From: Candidatus Moraniibacteriota bacterium
GTDB lineage: Bacteria > Patescibacteriota > Minisyncoccia > Moranbacterales > UBA2206
Direction: 5' to 3'
DNA length: 64,000 nucleotides
Assembly: GCA_003483065.1 (NCBI GenBank)
Contig: DMWY01000001.1
Location: 8,606-72,605 of the forward strand
Shown: piece after piece, positions 9,257 through 18,161 of the stretch
Layout of the letters: every line of letters begins with the position of its first letter
Numbering within the stretch: the first letter of the stretch is position 1
The notes under the pieces: generated by a model
Seen by the model: the letters and a program-made list of their open reading frames with translations, nothing else
Told to the model about the DNA's origin: nothing
Databases searched by the model: none
Made by a program: the position numbers and the translations under genes

Positions 9257-10342
9257 TTAATTTTTCATTAATAGAATTATTTTTCGTGCTCTTTCTTTCC
9301 AAGTATATTTTTTAGATTTTTCAAAAGCTTTTAAGGTTTTAAGATTTACAATATCCTTATTTTTGATTATTTCTTTTATTTTTGAGGCAATATCAGCACT
9401 GTTTTCGCTTTCATAAAAATAAACTTCGCTTTCATCAAGAACTTCTCTTATTCTTGGAAAATCGGCGACAATTATCGATCGCTTCGTTGCCATATATTCA
9501 AAAATTTTCAAAGGAGACATATAATTAATCGTAGGAACTTTTTTAGTGTAGCCTGCGAATAGAATATCGGCGGCTTTATAAACCAGAGCTGGATTATCGG
9601 TATAGCCCTTGAATAATAAATTAGACATTTCAGTGGTTGCTTTTCGAATATATTCTTGATCTTTTCCGAAGATAACAAAACAAATCCCAGGCATTTTTTT
9701 TGCAGTTTCGATTAGTGTTGGAATATCTCGATCTTCTTTGGTTGATCCAACATAAGTAACAATGATTTTTTCTGGCGGTAAATCTATTTTTTTTCGGGCA
9801 TCTTCTTTGAATATAGGGATATCAAATTCAGATAGATTTACGCCGTCTTGCAATATTTTGAAATTATTTTGGTCCAAGCCAAGTTTTATGAGTCCATCCT
9901 TAAGTCCTTGGCTTATTAAAATAACATGGTCAAGTTTTGAGGAAAATCTTTTGTGTATCCATTTCCACCAGCATCTTTCTGGGACATCATGCATTTCATA
10001 AAACACCTTTTTATTTTTGAAAAATAATTTTACCAAAAGTGCAAAAGTAATGTCTCTGGTATATATATATTCAAAGATTCTATATTTTATTATAAATAAA
10101 AAAAATAACACAATATCATCAAACACAAAAAATCCAATTTTTTGTTTTAGAAATATTGTTTGAAAATTGTTTTTTATCTTGTATTTCTCTTTTATTTTTT
10201 CTGGATTTTTACTAAAAGCTAATAGAGTTGTTTTGTAGCCATTTTCTTGAAATGCTTGGCACATCTTAACAACTTGGACTCGATTGGCTTGATCAATATC
10301 AAAATCAGCGTTTCTGGCATATAGAATTTTGTAGTTACTCAT
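9257..10342 (-). CDS. Glycosyltransferase family 4-like (GT-B)
   Basis: IFEYMATKRSIIVADFP is a GT4-like E-x7-E region, and the size fits. Confidence 0.55.
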   Translation of the reverse strand: MSNYKILYARNADFDIDQANRVQVVKMCQAFQENGYKTTLLAFSKNPEKIKEKYKIKNNFQTIFLKQKIGFFVFDDIVLFFLFIIKYRIFEYIYTRDITFALLVKLFFKNKKVFYEMHDVPERCWWKWIHKRFSSKLDHVILISQGLKDGLIKLGLDQNNFKILQDGVNLSEFDIPIFKEDARKKIDLPPEKIIVTYVGSTKEDRDIPTLIETAKKMPGICFVIFGKDQEYIRKATTEMSNLLFKGYTDNPALVYKAADILFAGYTKKVPTINYMSPLKIFEYMATKRSIIVADFPRIREVLDESEVYFYESENSADIASKIKEIIKNKDIVNLKTLKAFEKSKKYTWKERARKIILLMKN

Positions 10343-10416
10343 AATTGTTATTTGAGAATAATTTTAAATAGTGCTAATATTGTTATATTACCATAAATAA
10401 AATAATTGTTAAATCT

Positions 10417-11187
10417 ATGAATAAAATTGAATTAAAATATTTTTTTAAGTTAAAAAATATAGGTAAAATAGTAAAAAAATTGATTATGCAACACTGGAAT
10501 CAGAAAAAGAAAATTCCAGAATATAAAAATATTATAGATGGTCTCACTGAGAATTCAATAACAGTATTTACAAGTATTATAGGAGACAAAGATATTCTTT
10601 TAGATAATCAAATCACCGAAGGCGCGAATTTTATAGCTTTTACTAATCAGAAAAGTGATGTATGGAAAACAATAAAACCGTATGATAAGTTTAAGGACGA
10701 CAGAAGAAATTCGCGGATCTATAAAATAATGCCTCATATGTTTTTTGATACGGAGTATTCTATCTGGATGGATGGGAATGTAAAATTAAAAGTTCCGGCA
10801 AAAGAAGTAGTCGATAAATTTCTCAAAGATAAAAACATTGCTTTATGGAAGCATAAAAATAGAGATTGTATTTATGCTGAGGCGGAAGCATGCTACGAGC
10901 AAAATAGAGAAACTCCAGAAGCTCTAGGAGAGCAAATAGAGGCGTATAGAAAACTAGATACCCCAGAACATAACGGACTTTATGCGGCTACAGTTATAAT
11001 TAGACGGCATACAAAAAAAATAAATGAATTAAATGAAAAATGGTGGGCGCATTATTCAAGATATTCAAAAAGAGACCAGATAAGTTTTCCGGTGGTGTTT
11101 CCTAAGGAAGAAATAAATTGCATAGAGGATGGAGAAATGTGGAAAAATAAATATTTTGAAAGAATAGAACATATTACAGAAGTATAA
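10417..11187 (+). CDS. Putative glycosyltransferase-like protein (DUF616 / TOD1-MUCI70-like?)
   Basis: YKIMPHMFFDTEYSIWMDGNVKL is reminiscent of the DUF616 core. The call is from memory and is low confidence. Confidence 0.3.
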   Translation: MNKIELKYFFKLKNIGKIVKKLIMQHWNQKKKIPEYKNIIDGLTENSITVFTSIIGDKDILLDNQITEGANFIAFTNQKSDVWKTIKPYDKFKDDRRNSRIYKIMPHMFFDTEYSIWMDGNVKLKVPAKEVVDKFLKDKNIALWKHKNRDCIYAEAEACYEQNRETPEALGEQIEAYRKLDTPEHNGLYAATVIIRRHTKKINELNEKWWAHYSRYSKRDQISFPVVFPKEEINCIEDGEMWKNKYFERIEHITEV

Positions 11188-11191
11188 AAAT

Positions 11192-12133
11192 ATGGAAAAA
11201 ATAAACTGCCCAATTTGCGATAATAGTAAATTTACCTTCGTACTGAGCGGAAGCGATACTTTGCATAATATCGAAGGAAATTTCAATGTTGTGAAATGTG
11301 AAAAATGTTCGTTGATGTTAACTAATCCACGACCAGATTTCTATGAAATAAAAAAATACTATCCGGATGATTATACACCCTATAAATTAAATTTTAATCG
11401 TGCTGAAAAAATAGCTAAAATAAGAAAAAAATACAAATGGTTTTTTAGAATAATTGATCCAAAAATGACGCTAGATTTAAATACGAATCAAGAGAATGCT
11501 AATGTTTTAGAAATTGGATGTGGAGCAGGAAATTTTCTTTATGAATTAAAATTATTACACCCAAAATGGAATATAATGGGGGTAGATTTTAATGTAAAAA
11601 GCATAGATGTCTTAAAAAAATATGGGATGAATGTTTTTGCTTCTGATTTAATAAATCTTAATATTGAATCGAGCAGTGTGGATATTGTTTATGGTTGGAT
11701 GATTATGGAACATGTACACGAGATAAATAAAACTTTATCAGAAGTGCGTCGAGTTTTGAAAGATGATGGGAAATTTTGCTTTTCGATTCCAAATGCTAAA
11801 AGTTGGGAGCTTAGATTTTTTAGTAAAAATTGGTTCGCTTTGCAACTGCCAACTCACTTGTATCATTTTACGGAAAATACCATATCGAAAATTCTGGAAA
11901 AAAATGGCCTTGAAGTGGAAAAAATAATTCATCAAAAAAGCGTAACTAATATTTTTCTAAGTCTCAGAATAATTGCAGAAAAAAGTTTTTTGCCAAAAAT
12001 AATGAAGAAATTTTTGAGTCGACTTTTAAGTTGGAATATTGTATGTTTTATTTTAACATTGCCAATTGCATCTATTCTTGCAATAAGTAAGCAATCTGGT
12101 CGCTTAACGATTATTGCAAATAAAAAATTATGA
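11192..12133 (+). CDS. Class I SAM-dependent methyltransferase with N-terminal zinc ribbon and a C-terminal hydrophobic segment
   Basis: CPICDNSKF...CEKCSLMLTNP forms the zinc ribbon, and VLEIGCGAGNFL is a SAM motif I. Confidence 0.6.
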   Translation: MEKINCPICDNSKFTFVLSGSDTLHNIEGNFNVVKCEKCSLMLTNPRPDFYEIKKYYPDDYTPYKLNFNRAEKIAKIRKKYKWFFRIIDPKMTLDLNTNQENANVLEIGCGAGNFLYELKLLHPKWNIMGVDFNVKSIDVLKKYGMNVFASDLINLNIESSSVDIVYGWMIMEHVHEINKTLSEVRRVLKDDGKFCFSIPNAKSWELRFFSKNWFALQLPTHLYHFTENTISKILEKNGLEVEKIIHQKSVTNIFLSLRIIAEKSFLPKIMKKFLSRLLSWNIVCFILTLPIASILAISKQSGRLTIIANKKL

Positions 12134-12942
12134 ACAATAGCACCGGGATGGTGAGTATTATATTAGTTACTTATAACGCTGAAAAATTTATTTTTCAGAC
12201 TATTGAAAGTTGCCTTAATCAATCTTATGAAAATACAGAGATACTTATTTTAGATAATGCCTCAAGTGATAAAACTTTGGAAATATTGAAAACTTTTAAC
12301 GATCAACGGATAAATATTTTTGAAAAAGAAAAAAATATTGGTCCTTATGCTGGACTAAATTTTCTTCTTGACCAGGCCAAAGGGGAATACATAGCTATTC
12401 AGGATCATGATGATATTTGGTTTCCGGAAAAAATAGAAAAACAAATAGAATTTTTAGATAAAAATCAACAAATTTTAGCATGTGGAACGGAAACTTTTTA
12501 TTATTATGAAAAAAGAGAAATTTTCTTATTGGATAAATGTCAAGGTTTTGTAGATTTTGTCAATCACACCTCGCTCGTTTTTCGCAACAATGAATTTAGA
12601 TATGACACAAGTTATGTTTTGGCGGATGAGTATTTTGAGAGAAAAGTATTGGGAAAAAATAGCAAGATATTTTGCATAAGTGAACCACTTACGATTCATA
12701 GAATAAGAAATGACGGAAACAATCTTTCGCATAGTAGATTTTCATTTACTAAAAAGAATTTAAAAGATTTTTTTGAAATTAATGGTTTTAGCGTGAGAGC
12801 TATTCTATATATAGGCAGTCTATTGCTTGTTAAGTATTTCAATGAAAAGATAGTTTGGTTTATTATTAATATTATAAAAATAAAATCAAAAAGAATTAGT
12901 AAGCATAAATTTGCCTTGAAATATCCCGAAATAATAACTTAA
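12130..12942 (+). CDS. Glycosyltransferase family 2 (GT-A)
   Basis: VSIILVTYNAEKFI, LDNASSDKT and DHDDIW (DxD) are present. The ATG overlaps the upstream TGA (ATGA). Confidence 0.7.
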   Translation: MNNSTGMVSIILVTYNAEKFIFQTIESCLNQSYENTEILILDNASSDKTLEILKTFNDQRINIFEKEKNIGPYAGLNFLLDQAKGEYIAIQDHDDIWFPEKIEKQIEFLDKNQQILACGTETFYYYEKREIFLLDKCQGFVDFVNHTSLVFRNNEFRYDTSYVLADEYFERKVLGKNSKIFCISEPLTIHRIRNDGNNLSHSRFSFTKKNLKDFFEINGFSVRAILYIGSLLLVKYFNEKIVWFIINIIKIKSKRISKHKFALKYPEIIT

Positions 12943-12944
12943 GA

Positions 12945-14837
12945 TTATTTATCAAAATATTCCCTAAACCAAAGTTCTAAGGTAATAAGAGCCCAAATAC
13001 GATAAGCATGGCTGATTTGCGTATTTACATGTTCATCTAGAAGGGCTCGCACAGCTTCTTTTTTAAATAACTTTCTATTTATTGCTTTCTCAGATAAAAG
13101 AGTGTCATAAGCGAAATTCTTGAGTTCAGCGCGAAACCAGACATCAATAGGAATACCAAAGCCCATTTTTGGGCGAAACATTACCTCATCTGGCACAAGG
13201 CCACGCAAAGCTTCTTTGAGAATGTATTTTTTATTATTCAGACCTTTGATTTTTAGATTGAATGGAATCTGAGCGGTGAGTTCGAGCAGTTCATGGTCAA
13301 GAAAAGGGGATCGGCCTTCGAGGGCAACTGCCATCGAATCGATGTCAACTTTCACCATCAAATCATCTGGGAGATAGGTTGAAAAATCAGCGAAAAGGCA
13401 TTGATCCATTTTATTTTTCGTTTCAGCTTCGCCAAATTTTTCCGCGACGATATTATAAGAGTCAATATTTTTAGTTTTTTCTTTGAAACTGTCAGTATAA
13501 ATTTCATTTTTAAGTTCATTGGAGAAATAACGGATATAATTTACATATCTATAATCGTATTTTTGAGAAAGTGTATTTGAAAAAACATAAGCTCGATCAA
13601 AAAAAGTATTCTTAATATTTTTTGCTAAAAATTTGGCAATCGGCAAGATGATTTGTTTGTGAAAGGGAATCAATTTATTATAAAGTATTCCAAATTTTTG
13701 CACGCTATATCTCCCATACCCAGCAAAATTTTCATCCCCACCATCGCCGTTAAGTGCCACTGTCACGAAATCTCTGGTCATCTTGGAAACATAATATGTC
13801 GGCAGGGCGCTGGAATCAGCAAAAGGTTCTTCGTATTGTTTCACTAGCATCGGCAAAAGTTCAATAGCATTTGGTTTCACAACAAATTCCTTGTGATCAG
13901 TTTTGAATTTTTCTGCAACAATGCGGGCGTATTTCAATTCATTATATTTTTCTTCTTCAAAACCGATGGAAAAAGTTTTCACTGGCTTGTTTGAGAGCTT
14001 ACTCATGAGAGCCACAATGGCGCTAGAATCAATTCCTCCAGAAAGAAAAGTTCCGAGTGGAACATCGGAAATCATCCTCAGTCTGACTGATTCTTCTAAC
14101 TTTTTCATTATTCTTTTTTTCCATTCGTCTTCCGACATGTCTAATTTTTTAGAATAATCCAATTTCCAATATCTCTCTTTTTCTACCTTTTTTGTTTTTA
14201 GATTAATCAAAAGATAGTGTGCTGGTTCTAATTTTTTGAGATCTTTAAATCCAGTAAGAGGAGTAGGACAGTATTGCAAAGTAAGATAATGATGAATGGC
14301 AACATAATCCGGTTCCTTTCGATATTCTTTTTGTGTGAGAATGGCTTTGAGCTCGGAAGCGAAAATAAAAACATTTTCATTAAGATAATATTTGAAAGGT
14401 TTTTTCCCCACGCGATCACGCGCACAAAAAATCGTTTTTTCTTTTTCGTCATAGATTGCGAAAGAAAACATTCCGCGCAAATGTTCCAAGCATTTTTTTC
14501 CGAATTTATCATAAAGTGCCAAAAGCACCTCCGTGTCTGCTTTGGATTTGAAAGTGTAGCCTTCTTTGATTAACATCTCCCGTTTTTCTTGAAAATTATA
14601 TATCTCTCCATTGAAAACTATCCAATAGCGATTTAGGTAATTCATTGGTTGGTGGCCAAGAGGGGAGAGATCGATAATGGAAAGTCGTCGATGCCCAAGT
14701 CCAATTTTTTTATCTTGTGAGATATATACTCCGCCATCATCCGGACCGCGGTGCAGAATTTTTTCGTTCATAGCCAAAATATCCTGCTCCGAAACAGAAT
14801 CATTTTCAAAATAAATTTTACCAGTTATTCCACACAT
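12945..14837 (-). CDS. asnB: Asparagine synthase (glutamine-hydrolysing) family amidotransferase; in this context possibly a WbpS-like uronic-acid amidotransferase
   Basis: MCGITG supplies the N-terminal Cys nucleophile. LSGGIDSSAIVALM is the PP-loop. The protein is 630 aa. Confidence 0.85.
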   Translation of the reverse strand: MCGITGKIYFENDSVSEQDILAMNEKILHRGPDDGGVYISQDKKIGLGHRRLSIIDLSPLGHQPMNYLNRYWIVFNGEIYNFQEKREMLIKEGYTFKSKADTEVLLALYDKFGKKCLEHLRGMFSFAIYDEKEKTIFCARDRVGKKPFKYYLNENVFIFASELKAILTQKEYRKEPDYVAIHHYLTLQYCPTPLTGFKDLKKLEPAHYLLINLKTKKVEKERYWKLDYSKKLDMSEDEWKKRIMKKLEESVRLRMISDVPLGTFLSGGIDSSAIVALMSKLSNKPVKTFSIGFEEEKYNELKYARIVAEKFKTDHKEFVVKPNAIELLPMLVKQYEEPFADSSALPTYYVSKMTRDFVTVALNGDGGDENFAGYGRYSVQKFGILYNKLIPFHKQIILPIAKFLAKNIKNTFFDRAYVFSNTLSQKYDYRYVNYIRYFSNELKNEIYTDSFKEKTKNIDSYNIVAEKFGEAETKNKMDQCLFADFSTYLPDDLMVKVDIDSMAVALEGRSPFLDHELLELTAQIPFNLKIKGLNNKKYILKEALRGLVPDEVMFRPKMGFGIPIDVWFRAELKNFAYDTLLSEKAINRKLFKKEAVRALLDEHVNTQISHAYRIWALITLELWFREYFDK

Positions 14838-16194
14838 GAGCGTTTAGAAATTTTTGTAAACCAAAAAGTAAGTCGGTATTAATACCATAAGAATAGAGAA
14901 GATTAATGAGGATAAAAAAGAATAACCCTAAATATAAAAATATTTTTATAATTATATGATGAAGTTTGTTCTTAATTAGCTCATCATTTAGTTTAAAGGA
15001 GAGCCATACACCATAGGCATATATGAGAAATGTAATTGGCCAAATAAAAACAAGAGATCTATCAGCATGTTCATTAATAGAGGATAATAATGTAAAAGTT
15101 AAAGCAGAAAAATAAAGAGAGAGAATTTTATATTGCTTATAATGAAATAAAATAAAGATTACATATATAAATATTATCACAAATGCAAAGTTAAAAAAAA
15201 TCCAATTAAAATATCTATCCTCAATAATCGCAAATCCAGGGAATAAGTCACTATATTTATAATGGTTTGTTTGTTTGCTTATTGCTGTTGTTGATGGCGA
15301 AGATGATGGTGATGGCGATGGCGAGAATGATGAAGAAGAAGATGAAGAAGATGAAGCTGAGGATGATAAAGATGATGAAGAAGATAAGACGGGACTTGTT
15401 TTTGGTGATTCAATAGTGGAATTAATAATATTAGAATTTATGATAAATGATTTGATGCCATAAGGATTATCCCCATCTAAATAATAAGATGTTGGAAGAT
15501 AAAAAATAAATAAAATGAAAATTGAAAGGGCTATTTTTTTTAGCATAAGCAAATCGATTTTTTTTATAAAAAAAGAATAAAAAATATAAAAAAGAGCTAG
15601 AGTTATCATTAAATATAAAAAGATTGTATGAGTATATAGTCCTAGCGGAATCAATACTAACAATATTATTTTCCAATGTTTATAATTGCCCAATATAATT
15701 GCAAATATAACAAATATTAATAAAACAGCAAAAAATCCAGGTACTATCCACCAAAATCCATGGTACCGGCCACCATTATATAGGGCGAGAAAAAAAAGCA
15801 AGAAAGCAATTAGCTTTTTGTCTGTTTCTATATTTTTTAAAAAAATAATCAACGAAGGCAATAGAATCAAAATTCCAATATAGAAGCTTAAATGAAAAAC
15901 ATCCACAGCCTTTATGTTTAGTAATTGACCAATAGAACCGAAAAATAATCGATAAGACAAATGTTCAAATCCAAAATAATCATTAAAAGAAGATAGAAAC
16001 TCTTCACAAGAAAAAAGAGAAGGACATTTAATAATTGAATTTATATGATATATGTATGTTTGAGCTTCCTCTCCTCTTGACCACTCGTGATCAAATAGAA
16101 CAGAAATTAAGAAAAATTTCCATCCAATAAAAAATAAGGAGGATAATAAAATCCACTTATTGCTTTTGATGAAAATTATAATTCTCTCAATCAT
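14818..16194 (-). CDS. Polytopic membrane protein with an internal Ser/Pro/Thr-rich low-complexity loop
   Basis: The sequence is highly hydrophobic and contains SSSSSLSSSASSSSSSSSSFSPSPSPSSSPSTT. It overlaps the asnB start by 20 nt. Confidence 0.45.
   Translation of the reverse strand: MIERIIIFIKSNKWILLSSLFFIGWKFFLISVLFDHEWSRGEEAQTYIYHINSIIKCPSLFSCEEFLSSFNDYFGFEHLSYRLFFGSIGQLLNIKAVDVFHLSFYIGILILLPSLIIFLKNIETDKKLIAFLLFFLALYNGGRYHGFWWIVPGFFAVLLIFVIFAIILGNYKHWKIILLVLIPLGLYTHTIFLYLMITLALFYIFYSFFIKKIDLLMLKKIALSIFILFIFYLPTSYYLDGDNPYGIKSFIINSNIINSTIESPKTSPVLSSSSSLSSSASSSSSSSSSFSPSPSPSSSPSTTAISKQTNHYKYSDLFPGFAIIEDRYFNWIFFNFAFVIIFIYVIFILFHYKQYKILSLYFSALTFTLLSSINEHADRSLVFIWPITFLIYAYGVWLSFKLNDELIKNKLHHIIIKIFLYLGLFFFILINLLYSYGINTDLLFGLQKFLNAHVWNNW
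15290..15440 (-). repeat. Trinucleotide-biased low-complexity DNA encoding the poly-Ser/Pro linker (coordinates approximate)
   Basis: (GAW)n-like runs on the + strand; the + strand mirror ORF 15275..15463 is poly-Asp/Glu. Confidence 0.6.
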
Positions 16195-17332
16195 TTTTTA
16201 GTATTTCTAGGTATTTTTCAATGGAATTTTCCCAACCAAAATTAATATTTAACTTAATTTTATTATTCTTTTTGTATCTTTTAATTTTTTCTTTATCTAA
16301 AATAAGCTCTGTTATTTTTTTTGCTACTAATTCTTTTTCTGATTTTTCAATCAAGAGTCCATTTTGATTATCTTGGATAACTTCATCCGCACCTTCATTG
16401 GGCGTAGCAATGATTGCACAGCCACAAGCCATTGCTTCCAGAAGGGAAGTTGAAAGTCCTCCCCCTGGCATTGAAGAATGCAGATAAATGTCAGAAATTT
16501 TTAGAATACTGATAACTTTTTCTCGTGGTAAATTCCCAAACATTTTTACGCAACTTTCTTTTTTGGATATTTTTTCTAGATATTGAAAATCTTCCCCGTC
16601 GCCAATTATCAAAAAAACAATTTTTTCTTTCAAGTCTTTGGGCAGAAGTTTTATTGCTTCGATACTATTTTCAACCCCTTTCCATTTGTATAATCTTCCA
16701 ATAAAAGAAATTATTATCTTATTTTCAAATTCTTTTTTTGTTTCTAAATCAGGAATAATTTTTTCAATAGCTTCAAAATCTAAACCGCGATAAATAATCG
16801 GCGACTCTCTTTTGTCGAACTTGAAAACAAATTTTTGAACAGCCTTGGAAATGGAAATGTTTAAATCGGAAAATCTAAAAATTAAAAATCCAAAAGTATA
16901 ATCATATGATTTTGCAATAGCCGTTTTGAAATTGCTTGAGAGTTTTACAAAATCTGAGCCATGCTCAATGTGGATCCAACGAACTTTTTTTATTTTAGCA
17001 TAAATAAGAGTGAGAAGCGAGGTATTGAAAAATCTAGTGCGAGAAATTGTGATATCAAATTTTTGATTGAATAATCTCAGAAAAAGCGACCAGAATTTCA
17101 ACGACCAAAATTTTGGCAGGGGATAATTGGAAATAATTTCAAAAGCTGGAAAACGAATAATTTTTACATTGTTGTATAGTATTTCAGATTCAGGAGAATT
17201 TTTTGGTAATTTCGGCGTAAAAACAGTTATATCTATCCCTCTTTGAGATAGATATTTATTGAATTCATCAGCGTGTGATTCTAGCCCGCCAGTATGAGGC
17301 GGGTAATATGGGCAAAATATTAGAAGTTTCAT
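16187..17332 (-). CDS. Glycosyltransferase family 4
   Basis: LEAMACGCAIIATPNEGADEVIQDNQNGLLIE is present. Confidence 0.7.
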   Translation of the reverse strand: MKLLIFCPYYPPHTGGLESHADEFNKYLSQRGIDITVFTPKLPKNSPESEILYNNVKIIRFPAFEIISNYPLPKFWSLKFWSLFLRLFNQKFDITISRTRFFNTSLLTLIYAKIKKVRWIHIEHGSDFVKLSSNFKTAIAKSYDYTFGFLIFRFSDLNISISKAVQKFVFKFDKRESPIIYRGLDFEAIEKIIPDLETKKEFENKIIISFIGRLYKWKGVENSIEAIKLLPKDLKEKIVFLIIGDGEDFQYLEKISKKESCVKMFGNLPREKVISILKISDIYLHSSMPGGGLSTSLLEAMACGCAIIATPNEGADEVIQDNQNGLLIEKSEKELVAKKITELILDKEKIKRYKKNNKIKLNINFGWENSIEKYLEILKND

Positions 17333-17676
17333 TTTTTATTATTTATTTCTTTTAAGCTTTCTTTTCTGGTCAAAATCGATATATTTTGTTCTAATCTTTC
17401 GATAGAATTGAGGAGCTTAAAGATGATAAGGAAAATTAGAATGAATCCAACTAAAATAACAGCGTTGATGTTACCTTCAATTCCTATAAGTGTGGCCAGG
17501 CTTATGCTGGCTTTGGGATAAATAACAATTGCAATCATTCCACCCCACACAATTAGCCTAATGAGAAGTTTCAAAAAAGTTTGTTGGCGTTGTTTTTTGA
17601 AATATCGATCCGCACCCTGATAAATCATCAAGGCGGAAATTATTATAACTGCAATTTGGTACAAATGGATGTTCAT
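17329..17676 (-). CDS. DUF2304-like small membrane protein (typical partner of GtrB-like GT2)
   Basis: The protein is 115 aa with two or three TM helices and a C-terminal amphipathic LEQNISILTRK segment. Confidence 0.5.
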   Translation of the reverse strand: MNIHLYQIAVIIISALMIYQGADRYFKKQRQQTFLKLLIRLIVWGGMIAIVIYPKASISLATLIGIEGNINAVILVGFILIFLIIFKLLNSIERLEQNISILTRKESLKEINNKK

Positions 17677-17685
17677 AATATTAGT

Positions 17686-17711
17686 AATTTTAAATTTTTA
17701 ATTTTAAATTT
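17686..17711. repeat. Left inverted-repeat arm (2x AATTTTAAATTT) flanking the four-helix-bundle gene
   Basis: Its reverse complement AAATTTAAAATT occurs twice at 18141-18159. Confidence 0.5.
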
Positions 17712-17742
17712 GAAATGAAATATTAATTATTAAATTTTAAAT

Positions 17743-18111
17743 CTATTCTTTTTTATTCTCAATAGTTTTAATGATTTTTGAGAAAATTAATGTTAATTCT
17801 TGGGCTTCTTTCCAATAAATTCTACATTCTTCAGTTACGCTAGGTATAGATTTGGAAATAAGTTGCAACCAATATTTTGTTTCTTTTGCTTCTTTTTTAC
17901 AAATATAAATTTTATTTTTAAAATCTTTTTTTGAACTAGCTCCATTTGCTTCACAATAATTAGCGCCAATACTAGTTGCCGATCTAACTAGTTGGCTTAT
18001 AATCGGGATTGTTATTATATTTTTTTCTATTCCAGAAAGAAATACGATCATATCCTCACTAAATTTTGAAGTTCTATCTTCTAGGTCGTATTGTTTTTTG
18101 TTTTCGTTCAT
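17743..18111 (-). CDS. Four-helix-bundle protein (TIGR02436-type, '23S rRNA intervening-sequence protein' family)
   Basis: SIGANYCEANGASSKKDFKNKIYICKKEAKETKYWLQLI matches the IAEG.GR.S..DF..FL.IA.GS..E core of that family. Confidence 0.7.
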   Translation of the reverse strand: MNENKKQYDLEDRTSKFSEDMIVFLSGIEKNIITIPIISQLVRSATSIGANYCEANGASSKKDFKNKIYICKKEAKETKYWLQLISKSIPSVTEECRIYWKEAQELTLIFSKIIKTIENKKE

Positions 18112-18140
18112 TTATAAATTTGATATTGATTAAAAATTAT

Positions 18141-18159
18141 AAATTTAAAATTTAAAATT
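18141..18159. repeat. Right inverted-repeat arm (AAATTTAAAATT x2, overlapping)
   Basis: Reverse complement of the left arm. It lies 2 nt downstream of the GT2 stop. Confidence 0.5.
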
Positions 18160-18161
18160 GT

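Noticed and set aside
15275-15463. + strand ORF encoding a poly-Asp/Glu peptide (DGEDDGDGDGENDEEEDEEDE...)
   Set aside because: It is a mirror-strand artefact of the trinucleotide-repetitive DNA that encodes the poly-Ser loop of the minus-strand membrane protein.
17677-18161. Considered whether the AATTTTAAAT-type repeats are a CRISPR array
   Set aside because: The units are 12 nt, AT-only, only two or three per side, inverted relative to each other, and flank a protein gene. There is no spacer-repeat periodicity.
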